From: Octopus vulgaris
Lineage: Eukaryota
Length of the DNA stretch: 64,000 nucleotides
Assembly (NCBI GenBank): GCA_951406725.2
Contig: OX597823.1
Span: 60,140,001 to 60,204,000 of the forward strand
Direction of reading: 5' to 3'
In this document: piece by piece, positions 39,267-50,319 of the stretch
How positions within the stretch are numbered: the stretch's first letter is position 1
Layout of the letters: every line of letters begins with the position of its first letter
Translations under genes and position numbers: made by a program
Notes under the pieces: model-generated
Told to the model about the DNA's origin: nothing
What the model saw: only the letters and a program-made list of their open reading frames with translations
The model's database searches: none

Positions 39267-40179
39267 TTCATTAAAAACTAAGGTACAGACTTCTCTTCAA
39301 ACATTGAAAAAAGCCATGTTGTCTAAACAATTTCACAGTATTTATACTTGAATAAAGGCAGGAAAGGCTTCACCTTGCATTATCTCAAAGCTCGAATGAC
39401 CATCCTTCCAAAATTTCTCTTTAAATACTCACCAGTAGGCTCCAGCAGCCAGCACAAGCTAACTGTCACATGACACTGTCTAAGCTTCAACTGACCAACA
39501 GAGGGGAAGTGCGCATAGTTTTGGCCCACACCTTCTCTAAACCTGCCATCCAACAGTGTAGTGTTAATTTCAGTTCTAATAATAGAAGTGAATATCCTTG
39601 TTCAATGAGGAAAGAATATGACAAACCAAACCACAAGGCTATTTGTTTTGAAAACACTTCAATAATTCCTTTGGCAAACATATGTCCAAGATAGGAACTA
39701 GATGTGAAACAAAAATAAAAACAAGATGAAATTTTTATAACTAAATTAGAATTATGTTCACATCAATTGCTATCATCAAATGCCTTTGGCAATTTACTGA
39801 GAAGATATAGTTTAAGTTAAGTATTTTATCTTTGTATTTTATTGTCCATCAAAAACAGATGGTTTAAATATTTACCAATACAAGAGGAAATCTTAATTAA
39901 TATTGATATATAAAAATGTATGTTTAACATTAGAATCAATAACTTGAGAGAAATGAAAAATGAAAAATAAAAAAAGTGAACATAATTCTTAATATATTGT
40001 TTGCTTTGAGAATTTTCACTCCTAACCTTCTCTGCATAAAGAAGAGTTACATCATAGGAATTGATTGATTAAAAGATTAATCATTTTATGCTGTTATCTA
40101 CATGTTTTTCAGTACCATTATCACTACTACTACTACTATGAATAATAACAATAATAATAGTAATGATAATAATAGTAAT

Positions 40180-40797
40180 GGTTACAAATTTTGCCACAAG
40201 GGCACCCATGTAGGGAAAGAGGATGACTGGATTACCTCAACCCCAGTGTTTCACTGGTACTTAATTTATCAACTCTGAAAGGATAAAAGGCAAAGATAGG
40301 TGTAGGAGTGGCTGTGTGGTAAGTAGCTTGCTTAAGAACCACATGGTTTCGGGTTCAGTCCCACTACATCGCATCTTGGGCAAGTGTCTTCTACTATAGC
40401 CTCAGTCCGACCAAAGCATGTGAGTGGATTTGGTAGATGGAAACTGAAAGACGCCTGTCATATATATGTATATATATATATGTGTGTGTGTGTATGTTTG
40501 TGTGTCTCTGTCCCCCCACCATCGCTTGACTACCGATGTTGGTGTGTTTATGTCCCCGTAACTTAGCGGTTCAGTAAAAGAACCCTATAGAATAAGTACT
40601 AGGCTTACAAAGAATAAGTCCTGGGTCGATTTTCTCGACTAAAGGTGGTGCTCCAGCATGGCCACAGTCAAATGACTGAAACAAGTAAAAGAGTAAAAGT
40701 CAACCTCAGCAGAATTAGAACTCAGAACGCAGTAACAGGCAAAATAGTGCTAAGCGTTTTGTCCATCATGCTAACAATTCTGCCAGATCACTGCCTT
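40180..40797 (-). mobile_element. SINE family B split by a SINE A insertion
   Basis: GAAAGGATAAAAGGCAAAG | insert | GTCAACCTCAGCAGAATTAGAACTCAGAACG. Confidence 0.85.
40298..40698 (+). mobile_element. SINE family A, nested
   Basis: Full-length match. Confidence 0.9.
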
Positions 40798-40862
40798 AAT
40801 AATAATAGTAATAATAATAATAATAATAATGATGATGATGATGATGACGACGATGATGACGA

Positions 40863-40896
<34 letters not shown>

Positions 40897-40955
40897 GGTG
40901 GTGATGAGCAAGTACGAGTGAGAGCTCTGAGAAGTAAAATATAACAACAGCATCA

Positions 40956-40986
<31 letters not shown>

Positions 40987-42218
40987 CAACAACAATGATA
41001 ATAATGTAGTTCCAGAGAATAAAACAGTTTAGTCATGACTGGAACACTTTTGATTATAGGCTTGTTCAACGAGGACTGACTTGGTGTTTAGACAACAAAA
41101 ATAACTAATTTGAAGGCTAACATAAGTTTATATAGAGACTGGACTGTTCGAACATTATTATTATTGAATAATATATTAGGAATGATGTACAAAAAATAAT
41201 GTATATAAAACATGTAAAATATATGTGTGGGTTAAGCATAAAGAATTTTACCATTATAAATGAAATGTTGAAACTAATCTATATCCAATTTAGGGAACCA
41301 ATAAATATCCATTCCTTAATCAATTAATTAAAATTATACCCATTGTGAAGAATGAGGAGATAACGTCGTTAGCTTAGTGAAAGGCAGGGGAGACAAATCT
41401 GAAAGCTGAACTAACAAAAATTAATGCCCCACTGAGGAGATCTGTTAAGACTAAAATATGTCTAGGGTTATCACCAGAAAGCTAAATATTTCATCTGCTC
41501 TCTCATTTTGTTTTTAATTAATTTATTACTTTATTTTGAATTAAACTTTATGGGTTGACTCTCTTGTATTTCTTGTCCTAAATTATTAATAATTAAGATA
41601 ATTATTTTCTCCCTCACTATGAGTGGAATTTTAATAAATGGAAATTCTGTGTTCAATATATTAAATATGCCTTCACTAGCTTTACTCTTGATTTTCCACA
41701 CAGAAGGTGGCTTTGGATATTTTATTCCATTCACTAAAACAAAACATTTGGACTAATTAAAATGGTGAATGAAAACAAGTTACAATTTTGTTGAGAGAAA
41801 AAGGCAGATAGAAAATGTCAATTCATTTAAATATCATAAACAATAATTAGAGTAATTAAACAAATGATACTCTAAGTTGCTTGGTTTATTAATTGACAAT
41901 TAAAGGATGAGAACAAGATTCAGGACACAGTGGAGATTCTGACAGTGGTGGTGGTGGTGGTGACAGCAGTGGAGTTTTCTGTTATTAAAATGGATCCATC
42001 ATAAACTGTTCAATTTGCAGAAAACACAAAAATAGAATAAATGTTAAATAATAATTATACTTGCAGGGGTTCTGCTTGTGGATCATTTGAACCTAATACC
42101 TCCCCTCTCTCTGGTTAATGGGAAAGATACCAAGTATGTAAGAATAGTATTAAACATGTGAATAAAAAAGAATCACATTTTTATCAAAAGCTTAAATAAA
42201 AGAGCGAAACAAAAACTA

Positions 42219-43453
42219 TTGGTTTGGTAACTAAGTTCCCACCGTTCTTTTTAATTTAAATTTTTAAAAGGTTTAATAAAAAATTAACAGCTAATTAATC
42301 AATAATGTATTTTCCCTTGTTCTTTACAACTTCTTCCCAACGTTCTACAAGATTTTCGTTGGAAGAAATCACTCTATTTCGACTCGAAAATTGATCCAAC
42401 CAAGCTCTCAATTCTACATCAGTATTGAACGAAACTCCACACATAACATTTGAAAGAGATCGAAAGAGGTGGAAATCCATTAGTGCCAAATCAGGAGAAT
42501 ACAGCAGGTGTGACAGCACTTCCCAGCCATGCATTTGAATGGCTTCCTTGGTTATATTGGCGATATGAGGGCAGATGTTGTCGTGCAGCAGAACTCCATG
42601 CTGACGATTAGGTCTTTTCTCTTGAATAACCATGTTGAGTCGTTCCATCTGTTGAGCACAGAGTTCTGCATTGACCGTTTGGTTCTGTTCAAGCAATTCA
42701 TAATGGATAATCCCTTCCCAGTCCTACCATACGCACAACATCATTTTATGTGTATGAAGATCTTGTTTCACGCACAGTGTCACTTGTTTACCAGGGCTAT
42801 GCCCTTCCTTATGCTGCTTCATATTGATGCACAGGCACCATTTTTCATTGCCAACAACGATTCAGTAAAGAAGTCGCTGCTTGAGTCCATGAGTTGAGCG
42901 GTGACGAGCAAGCAAACCAGCAGAGATTGTGGCTCGTTGATTTATGTTGTTACTTAAAGCATGCTGAACCCATGCTCCATACTTCTGAACCTTTCCCATC
43001 GAGTGAAGATGCGTCTTTATAGCAGTGTGGAAGCATTCCATTTTCTCTGTCAGTTCCCTTGTCGTTTGACAAGAATTTTCGTGCAAAAGTTGGTTTAATT
43101 GCTCTTCATCGAACTCAACTTGATGGCCAGAAGGAGGTATGTCTTTGAGGTCAAAGTTTCCATTTTTGAACTTGGCATACCAATCACGAGTGGTTCTTTC
43201 ATCTATGGCACCCTCTCCATACACAACACGAATGTCATGAGCAGCTTTTGCGGCCTTAGAACCTTGATTAAAAACAAAGAGAAGGAGGTGTCGAAAATGC
43301 TCATTTTTCTTAACTTGACATTCCATTTTAATGATCTGAAAATAAACAAAAATTAACTAAAATTATCTAGAAAAAAAAAATAGATTCCAAAATTTAAAAA
43401 CGCAATAAATTCCAAACTTTAAAAAAAATGCAGGAACTTAGTGGCCAACCCAA
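42219..43453 (-). mobile_element. Mariner transposon, near full length, disabled transposase
   Basis: TIRs TTGGTTTGGTAACTAAGTTCC / GGAACTTAGTGGCCAACCCAA with TA TSDs. HTH N-terminus, WVQHAL (WVPHEL-like), HDN, YSPDLA and DFHLF motifs; ORF broken. Confidence 0.93.
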
Positions 43454-43609
43454 TACATTAAATCCTGTACCCATATATGCATATGTATATAAATATATAT
43501 GTAAGTATGTACATATATGTATGTATAAATGCATATATATATATATGTATATATATATTATTTATATTATTATATGATTGAATGCCAAGCATCCATTTCC
43601 AAGTAAGTT

Positions 43610-43840
43610 TGTGTGTGTGTGTGTTTGTGTGTCTGTGTCTGTCACCTACCCACCAACGTTTGATAACCGATGCTGGTGTGTTTACATCCCCGTAACTTAG
43701 CAGTTCAGCAAAAGAGAGCAATAGAACAAGTACTAGTCTTACAAAGAATAAATTCTGGGGGGCGATTTGGTTTGACTAAAGGCGGTACTCCAGCATGGCC
43801 ACAGTCAAATGACTGAAACAAATAAAAGAATAAAAGAAAT
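43610..43840 (+). mobile_element. SINE family A, 3' half
   Basis: CCGATGCTGGTGTGTTTAC..CAGTCAAATGACTGAAAC. Confidence 0.8.
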
Positions 43841-44389
43841 AAAAATATAAATTAACCTCAAACTTGACAGCCACTCAGCAATCCATAAAAAAACTATGTC
43901 CCTTTGCTCAGTGAATTATTCTCACAACCATTTTCGCTTGGTCTTAACATTGCTTATGTTGTGTTAAACGAAAGGTGCCAACCTTGCATTGTAGTGTTGA
44001 ATTATCTTCACCTTGCTTTTAATACATTTACTAATTTGGTATTAATAACTATGAACTACTTTTATAATATTATCAGGTATATTGATTGTATTGCAGAAAA
44101 TTCCAAATTATGTTTGTTGTTTTAAGAACATTATTTCCATTAACTTATTTGTCTTTAGACATGTAAACATAAATGATATTAGTAAAATAAAAAATATATG
44201 AAAACTCAAGTAAATATGAATGTCATTATTCTTGTCTTCACACAACGATTGTTTAAAATTGCGAACTTCCAGCAAAGAATAAATAATTAAAAATCCGCAC
44301 TAAATTGCTATTGCCAGTCTGTGTACATTATACAAACTGTGTTAACATTGTATACAATTTATTTATTGTCAGTTAACATCATTATCATC

Positions 44390-44635
44390 ATCAATCATCA
44401 TTTAACGTCCGTTTTCCATGCCTGCATGGGTTGGACAGTTCAACAGGAGCTCACAAGCTGTAGAGCTGCACCAGATTACAATTTTCTGTCTTGGCATGGT
44501 TTAATATGGTTGGATGCCCTTCCTAATGCCAACCATTTTAGAGAGTGTACTGGGTGCTTTTTATGTGGCACCAGCATGGGAACTTTTTTATCTGATGCCA
44601 GTGCAGATACTTTTTATGTGGTGTCAGCATGTAAC
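44390..44635 (-). mobile_element. RTE 3' tail fragment
   Basis: CATCATTTAACGTCCGTTTTCCATGCCTGCATGGGTTGGAC. Confidence 0.78.
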
Positions 44636-45087
44636 AGGTAATTTAAAATGTAATTTAATTACTTCAGCTATTATTTAAATGAAATATGGCACTATTTTCT
44701 GTGAATTCCTTTACTCTGACCCTAATTCTTCCGTTTTTACTTTTCCAATACTTATTTTCATTTACTTTCTACTTGCAATGGTGTGAACTAAATCTCAAGA
44801 CCTAAGGCATTGTAAATGGATATTCAACAGTTTTGACATTGAATATTCACTTGTTCTATCAACTGTATTACTTTGTTATTGAATCAGTATGCAAGTGGTT
44901 GAGTATTCCACAGACAAAGATACCTTTAACACAATCCTCAGGTAGTATCAGCGTGCCACAGTATAACAGTGGAGCCTCTAAAAGACAGATACACTCAATC
45001 AAGCGTTTTGCTAAAAAGTTTCAGTCTACCAAATTTTTTCTAGAAGACTTGGGTTGATCTGAGCCTTATAGTAAAATATATTAAATA

Positions 45088-45475
45088 GCAGGCTTTGTCA
45101 TGTGGTTAAAAGACTTGCTTTGTCACCACGTTTTACTTTCAGGTTCAGTCCCACTCTGCAACACTTTGAGCAAGTGTATTTTACTATAGCCCCAAACTAA
45201 CCAATGCCTTGTGAGTGAATTTAATACACAGAAACCTTGTGAAAGTTTATCGTATGTATTTGACAGGCTTTTTATGTGTATCTTTGTGTTTGTAGTTTCT
45301 ATCTCTATAGTTTGACAACTGGTGATGGTTTGTTTATGTAGTTTGGCAAAAGAACCAATAGAATGTTTACCAGACTTAAAGAAGAAGTACTGTGGTCAAT
45401 TTGTTCAACAACACCCTTTAATGCAGTGCCCCAGAATGGTTATAGTCTACAGACTAAAACAAGTAAAAGATAAAA
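45088..45475 (+). mobile_element. SINE family A-related, old copy
   Basis: GGTTCAGTCCCACT..GAGCAAGTGTATTTTACTATAGCC..AAACAAGTAAAAGA. Confidence 0.7.
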
Positions 45476-45638
45476 ATGTGCCCCACCCAGGAGGATTGAA
45501 CACAGGACCTCATGATTGAGAAGCAAACCCCTTAATTATTCAGTTCTGCTAGCTTAACGTACTCAGTCAAATAAATCTGATGGTACTAAATATCTTAATT
45601 TTTCAATATTATTCACTCTAAAAACAACACCGTTTTAT

Positions 45639-45955
45639 GGAGGTGTACTTGCATAGCAAGTGACCTGATCTGAGATCGTGTGCTGGAACGAAAACAATTG
45701 CAATGTGGAAGGTGTTTATAAGCCATTTAAAAAACACACAAAAACCGTTAGATTCACTTCAACGTTTAAATTTAATTTGTCAAAATGTTTTCGTCACTTT
45801 GAGACCGTGACCTGTTCACTGATGCAGCACGGAGTTTTGTCAGTGAACAGGTCACGAAAATATTCTGACAAATTAAATTTAAATGTTGAAGTGAATCTAA
45901 CGGTTTTTGTGTGTTTCTTAAATGGCTTATAAACACCTTCCACAATGCAATTGTT
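45639..45955 (-). mobile_element. Fold-back Penelope-like element with 14-bp TSD and variant hammerheads
   Basis: Arms 45693-45822 and 45839-45955; tail 45639-45692; TSD CAACACC(G/A)TTTTAT at 45625-45638 and 45956-45969. Confidence 0.8.
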
Positions 45956-46094
45956 CAACACCATTTTATTTATTTTATTTATTTTCCTGTCATTCACCAT
46001 GCGATTCACTAATTTTATTCTCTTTACTACTGCAAATTAAACAGTACTTACCCATATTTCCTGGCATGGTTCTTAGTGTGCATGTGTGTGTGTG

Positions 46095-46142
<48 letters not shown>

Positions 46143-46890
46143 TCTTTGTGTGTGCATATGTGAAAAAGAGATATGATTCTGATTCTGTCTTCTTACTGAT
46201 TTATTATTCATATCAGCTCAAACATATATTTCTACGCAGGTCTTAAATCAAAGGTCTTAAATCTAATGTTTCATATTTCACGACTGAGCCATCATATTAT
46301 CTAGAAACCATAGAAAAACTTTAGGTGAAACCATAAAGCTATTTTATTTTATTCTATTAATAGAATCTCTTATTTTCTACTTGTAAAGGTCAAGAAATTT
46401 TACAATTTATTAACTCAATGCTATTATATTTATCTGAAGCTTATCATAGAAATATTGAGAAATTTATTATTATTTTCCAAAATTAACCTCACACCGAAAT
46501 TGATAAGGCATGTTTGAGTATGAAAATCAAAGAATGGCTTATAATAATGAGGAAATTCTGATAAATCTTTAGCTGTTTATTATCAGTGATTTTCAAAGAA
46601 GTTCAAAGGATATATATCCTTTATAACTTATTCTACTGTCCTCAAATGCTCCCAGAACAAAGCATTTCAAAGGAAATAATGGCTAGTTTAAACAAAGAGA
46701 TACATAAACATGGAAACCACTCTTTCTTTTGAACACAGACAAACACACATTCACTCCTACTCTCTTCACCTTCCCATCTGTCTCTCTCCTCCCTCCTCTG
46801 TCTCTTTCTATATATATGTGTGTGCGTGTGTGTGTGTGTCTATGTGTGTATTTGTATATCCCCCTCTCTTTCTCTTAGTAAGAAACCGAA

Positions 46891-47042
46891 TTTTAATTTT
46901 CTTAGGAATAGGAAAGGTTGTTCATATATACGAGGCTGAATCTGTTGTGTGTGAATATTTCATGCATCTGTGCTTCTAAGCATGCCTGCATGCATGCACT
47001 TATATATATTCTGGGCCAAGACTTATCTATCTATCTGTCTAT

Positions 47043-47058
<16 letters not shown>
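46891..47058. repeat. Identical ~168-bp direct repeat, copy 1 (copy 2 at 50060-50227)
   Basis: TTTTAATTTTCTTAGGAATAGG...GGGCCAAGACTTATCTATC identical by eye. Confidence 0.95.
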
Positions 47059-47079
<21 letters not shown>

Positions 47080-47080
47080 A

Positions 47081-47118
<38 letters not shown>

Positions 47119-47182
47119 GTGTGTATATATGTATGTATGCATGTATGTATGTATGTATGTATGTATGTATGTATGTATACAT

Positions 47183-47239
<57 letters not shown>

Positions 47240-47243
<4 letters not shown>

Positions 47244-47460
47244 ATCCAAATATGGAAACACAAAGAGAAAACACAACAACGTGAGGACGTGGAACAAGTA
47301 TAGTGTTATTGGACGCTCAGGAAAGGAAAGAAAAAAGGATTTAACGTTTCGAGCAGAGCTCTTGGTCAGAAACATAGGAAAAGGAAAAATCCAAGAAAGG
47401 GGAGACGGAGGGAAAAAAAAATCACCAACAATACACACGCGGTCACATATTGAATGACTA
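47240..47460 (-). mobile_element. Penelope-like 3' remnant with degenerate hammerhead (47340-47372)
   Basis: Minus strand TTT-CTGACCA-AGAGC-TCT-GCTC-GAAA-CGTT-AAA, then CCTGAGCGTCCAATAAC; between (TA)n tracts. Confidence 0.6.
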
Positions 47461-47493
47461 ATATATATATATATATTTAAACAAGATACACTT

Positions 47494-47577
47494 GGCCTGA
47501 CGAGCAGCCTGTGGTATACACCTCACTTGGATATTTACCACTTTTGAGGTTCCACTCACTATGAAACATATGTAGCT
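47494..47577 (+). ncRNA. Hammerhead-like motif with extended stem II
   Basis: GGC-CTGACGA-[59 nt]-GAA-ACATATGT-A-GCT: intact core, palindromic stem III, GUA triplet, weak stem I. Confidence 0.55.
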
Positions 47578-47638
47578 CAGATTTTATCTACTCCATTCCT
47601 TAACTCTTGTATATACATATATATGTATATATACATAC

Positions 47639-47687
<49 letters not shown>

Positions 47688-47925
47688 TATGTATATACAC
47701 ACAAAGTATAGGGGGTTTAGTTCACAGGTGATCTAAATGACTAGGTACGCTAGGTAAGTACTGCAACGGATTACCAAGGCCCCAAGGTTATAGTCGAGAC
47801 AGTAGCTATGGAGCCATTGTAGATTTCCGATATAGCAGAAACATAACTGTTAAAGAGGAAAACAAATGTTAAGCCAAGTCAAACATCTCAAGTCATACAC
47901 GTTATTATTATTGGAAAAATTCAAA

Positions 47926-47981
47926 GTCTTACAGCTGTTTCTGGGATATCCCAGAGTATGGGATATTCCATTATCAGAAAC
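47926..47981 (-). ncRNA. Type I hammerhead fold with G8A substitution
   Basis: GTTT-CTGATAA-TGGAATATCCCA-TACTC-TGGGATATCCCA-GAA-ACAGCTGT-A-AGAC: 11/12-bp stem II and palindromic stem III. Confidence 0.7.
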
Positions 47982-48203
47982 AAATAAGTAAAATGAGAAG
48001 GGTATAGATTAATGGACAGGAGAAAAGGAGATAAAGAAAGAGAAGAAAAAAAATATAAAAGTTCACATTTCAACTTTCCGATCATGTAGAAGTAATTCCG
48101 TAAGTCCTTAGGTGCAATCCTGTGTAAATCCATGTAGGTTAAAGTCCTAATAGTGTAAATGTCTAGAATAAATACCAACGTATACATGTATATGTATATA
48201 TGC

Positions 48204-48241
<38 letters not shown>

Positions 48242-48712
48242 ATATATATATGCATGTATATATATGTGTGTGTGCATATATATGTGTTATAATACACATG
48301 TATATCTATCAGGTTTCTTTGTATGGGAAATAGTGATTTTGCTGTCATTAGCAAAAACAAAAGCAATCTTTAAATAATTTGCTAATTATGCACAAATTAG
48401 TAAAAGAAACATCATAAAGTGCCAAAGGAAATTTTAAAATTTGTGAGATTCTTATAATCCGTTATACTCATAAAAGCTTTAAAGTATTCTAATAACTAGA
48501 ATCATCAGTTTAAACCCAATGTTCCAATGGGCAGCCTTCAACTTTTCCTATCCAAACAGTTTTTAACTCAATATTTCCATGATATTTATAGCTTTGTCAG
48601 CTTCAAGTTTCACCATTCAAAAAAAAAAAAAAAGAAATACAAAACAAAAAAGAATTATTGCATGGTCACTTGAAGTTTCTAAACTCTTATGATGTCAATA
48701 GTACATCATAAA

Positions 48713-49000
48713 CATCATCATCATCATCATCTTCTTCTTCTTCATCATCATCATCTTCTTCTTCTTCATCGTCATCATTTAACATCTGTTTTCCATGTTA
48801 GCATGGGTTAAACAGTTTGACAGGAGTTGGCAAGCCAGAGAGCTGACCAGGCTCTGACTGTTTTGGCATGGTTTCTACAGCTGGATAGCCTTCCTATTGT
48901 CAACCGTTTTACAGAGTGTACTGGGTACTTTTTGCGTGGCACCTGCACCACTGCTTTTTGAAGTGAGACCAGCACCAATGCTTTCATACATGGCACCATA
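48713..49000 (-). mobile_element. RTE 3' tail fragment
   Basis: (CAT/CTT)nTTAACATCTGTTTTCCATGTTAGCATGGG. Confidence 0.75.
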
Positions 49001-49031
49001 TGTGTGTGTGTGTGTATGAGTATTCATATGT

Positions 49032-49071
<40 letters not shown>

Positions 49072-49222
49072 TTATATTTATATTCTTTTTTTTTATTCTA
49101 GAACACCACCTTTAGTGGAACAAATCAGCCCCAGGATTTTTTCTTTGCAATCCTAGTACTTATTCTAGCGGTCTCTTTTGCCAAACTGCTAAGTTATGGG
49201 CATGTAAATATACATACATATA

Positions 49223-49303
<81 letters not shown>

Positions 49304-49319
49304 ATAGATAGATAGACAG

Positions 49320-49700
49320 GTGTAACTGCCCCCTGCTGGAGCGTCGTGGAGCTTTAGGTGTTTTTGCTCATTAAAAACACACAACACCCGGTCTGGAAAT
49401 TGAAACCGCAATCCTCTGACCGTGAGTCCACTGCCCTAACCACAGGGCCACTGCGCCTCCGAATAAATGCGCCCTTTTAAAGCCTAGCGAAGTTCATGGG
49501 CCCAGTTTCCCGGTTTCAATGGCGTATATCTTCCCCAGCTGGATGGGACACCAGTCCATCTCAGTGTTACTCATTTTTGCCGGCTGAGTGGACTGGAGCA
49601 ATGTGAAACAAAGTGTTTTGCTCAAGAACACAATGCGTCGCCCGGTCCAGGTATCGAAACCACAATCTTACGATCATGATGCTGACACCCTAACCTCCAC
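49320..49700 (-). mobile_element. Two adjacent tRNA-derived SINEs (C-type heads)
   Basis: Heads end near 49460 (GGAGGCGCAGTGGCCCTGTGGTTAGGGC) and 49700 (GGTTAGGGTGTCAGCATCATGATCGTAAG..GGTTTCGATACC). Confidence 0.75.
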
Positions 49701-49719
49701 ATTATATATATATATATAT

Positions 49720-49971
49720 AAATTTTATTTTGTAATGAGGTAAAAACCCAAGGCTGTGTAGATTTTAGAACATTTATAAATATAAATGTTCTAAAATCTA
49801 CACAGATTTGGTTTTTTATCTCATTACGAAATAAAATTTTTGTATACACACGCTAACATATGACCAACGTTGAACCCCTTATTCGCATAATCACCGAACC
49901 TGGAACTTAACTGCTGTCCATCTATAGCACTTATTCAGCATTACCTGACACCTTTGGGTCTCAATGACACC

Positions 49972-49972
<1 letters not shown>
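49720..49972 (+). mobile_element. Fold-back element: ~60-bp inverted arms plus ~130-bp tail, in (TA)n
   Basis: CTGTGTAGATTTTAGAACATTTATA-AA-TATAAATGTTCTAAAATCTACACAG; arms span 49720-49839. Confidence 0.7.
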
Positions 49973-50009
<37 letters not shown>

Positions 50010-50059
50010 TATGATGCAAGGTATTCATTTTGTAGAGGTGACAATTAAATTTGCTGACG

Positions 50060-50222
50060 TTTTAATTTTCTTAGGAATAGGAAAGGTTGTTCATATATAC
50101 GAGGCTGAATCTGTTGTGTGTGAATATTTCATGCATCTGTGCTTCTAAGCATGCCTGCATGCATGCACTTATATATATTCTGGGCCAAGACTTATCTATC
50201 TATCTGTCTATTTATCTATCTA

Positions 50223-50227
<5 letters not shown>
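50060..50227. repeat. Identical ~168-bp direct repeat, copy 2
   Basis: Same sequence as 46891-47058. Confidence 0.95.
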
Positions 50228-50260
<33 letters not shown>

Positions 50261-50319
50261 AGATAAGGTCAATGACTACATTGTCGAGTATGCCCTTCCT
50301 CTTTTAAGAACCTGAACTA

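Noticed and set aside
41432-41490. CTGAGGA...GAAA possible hammerhead
   Set aside because: No convincing stem I, stem III or NUH site
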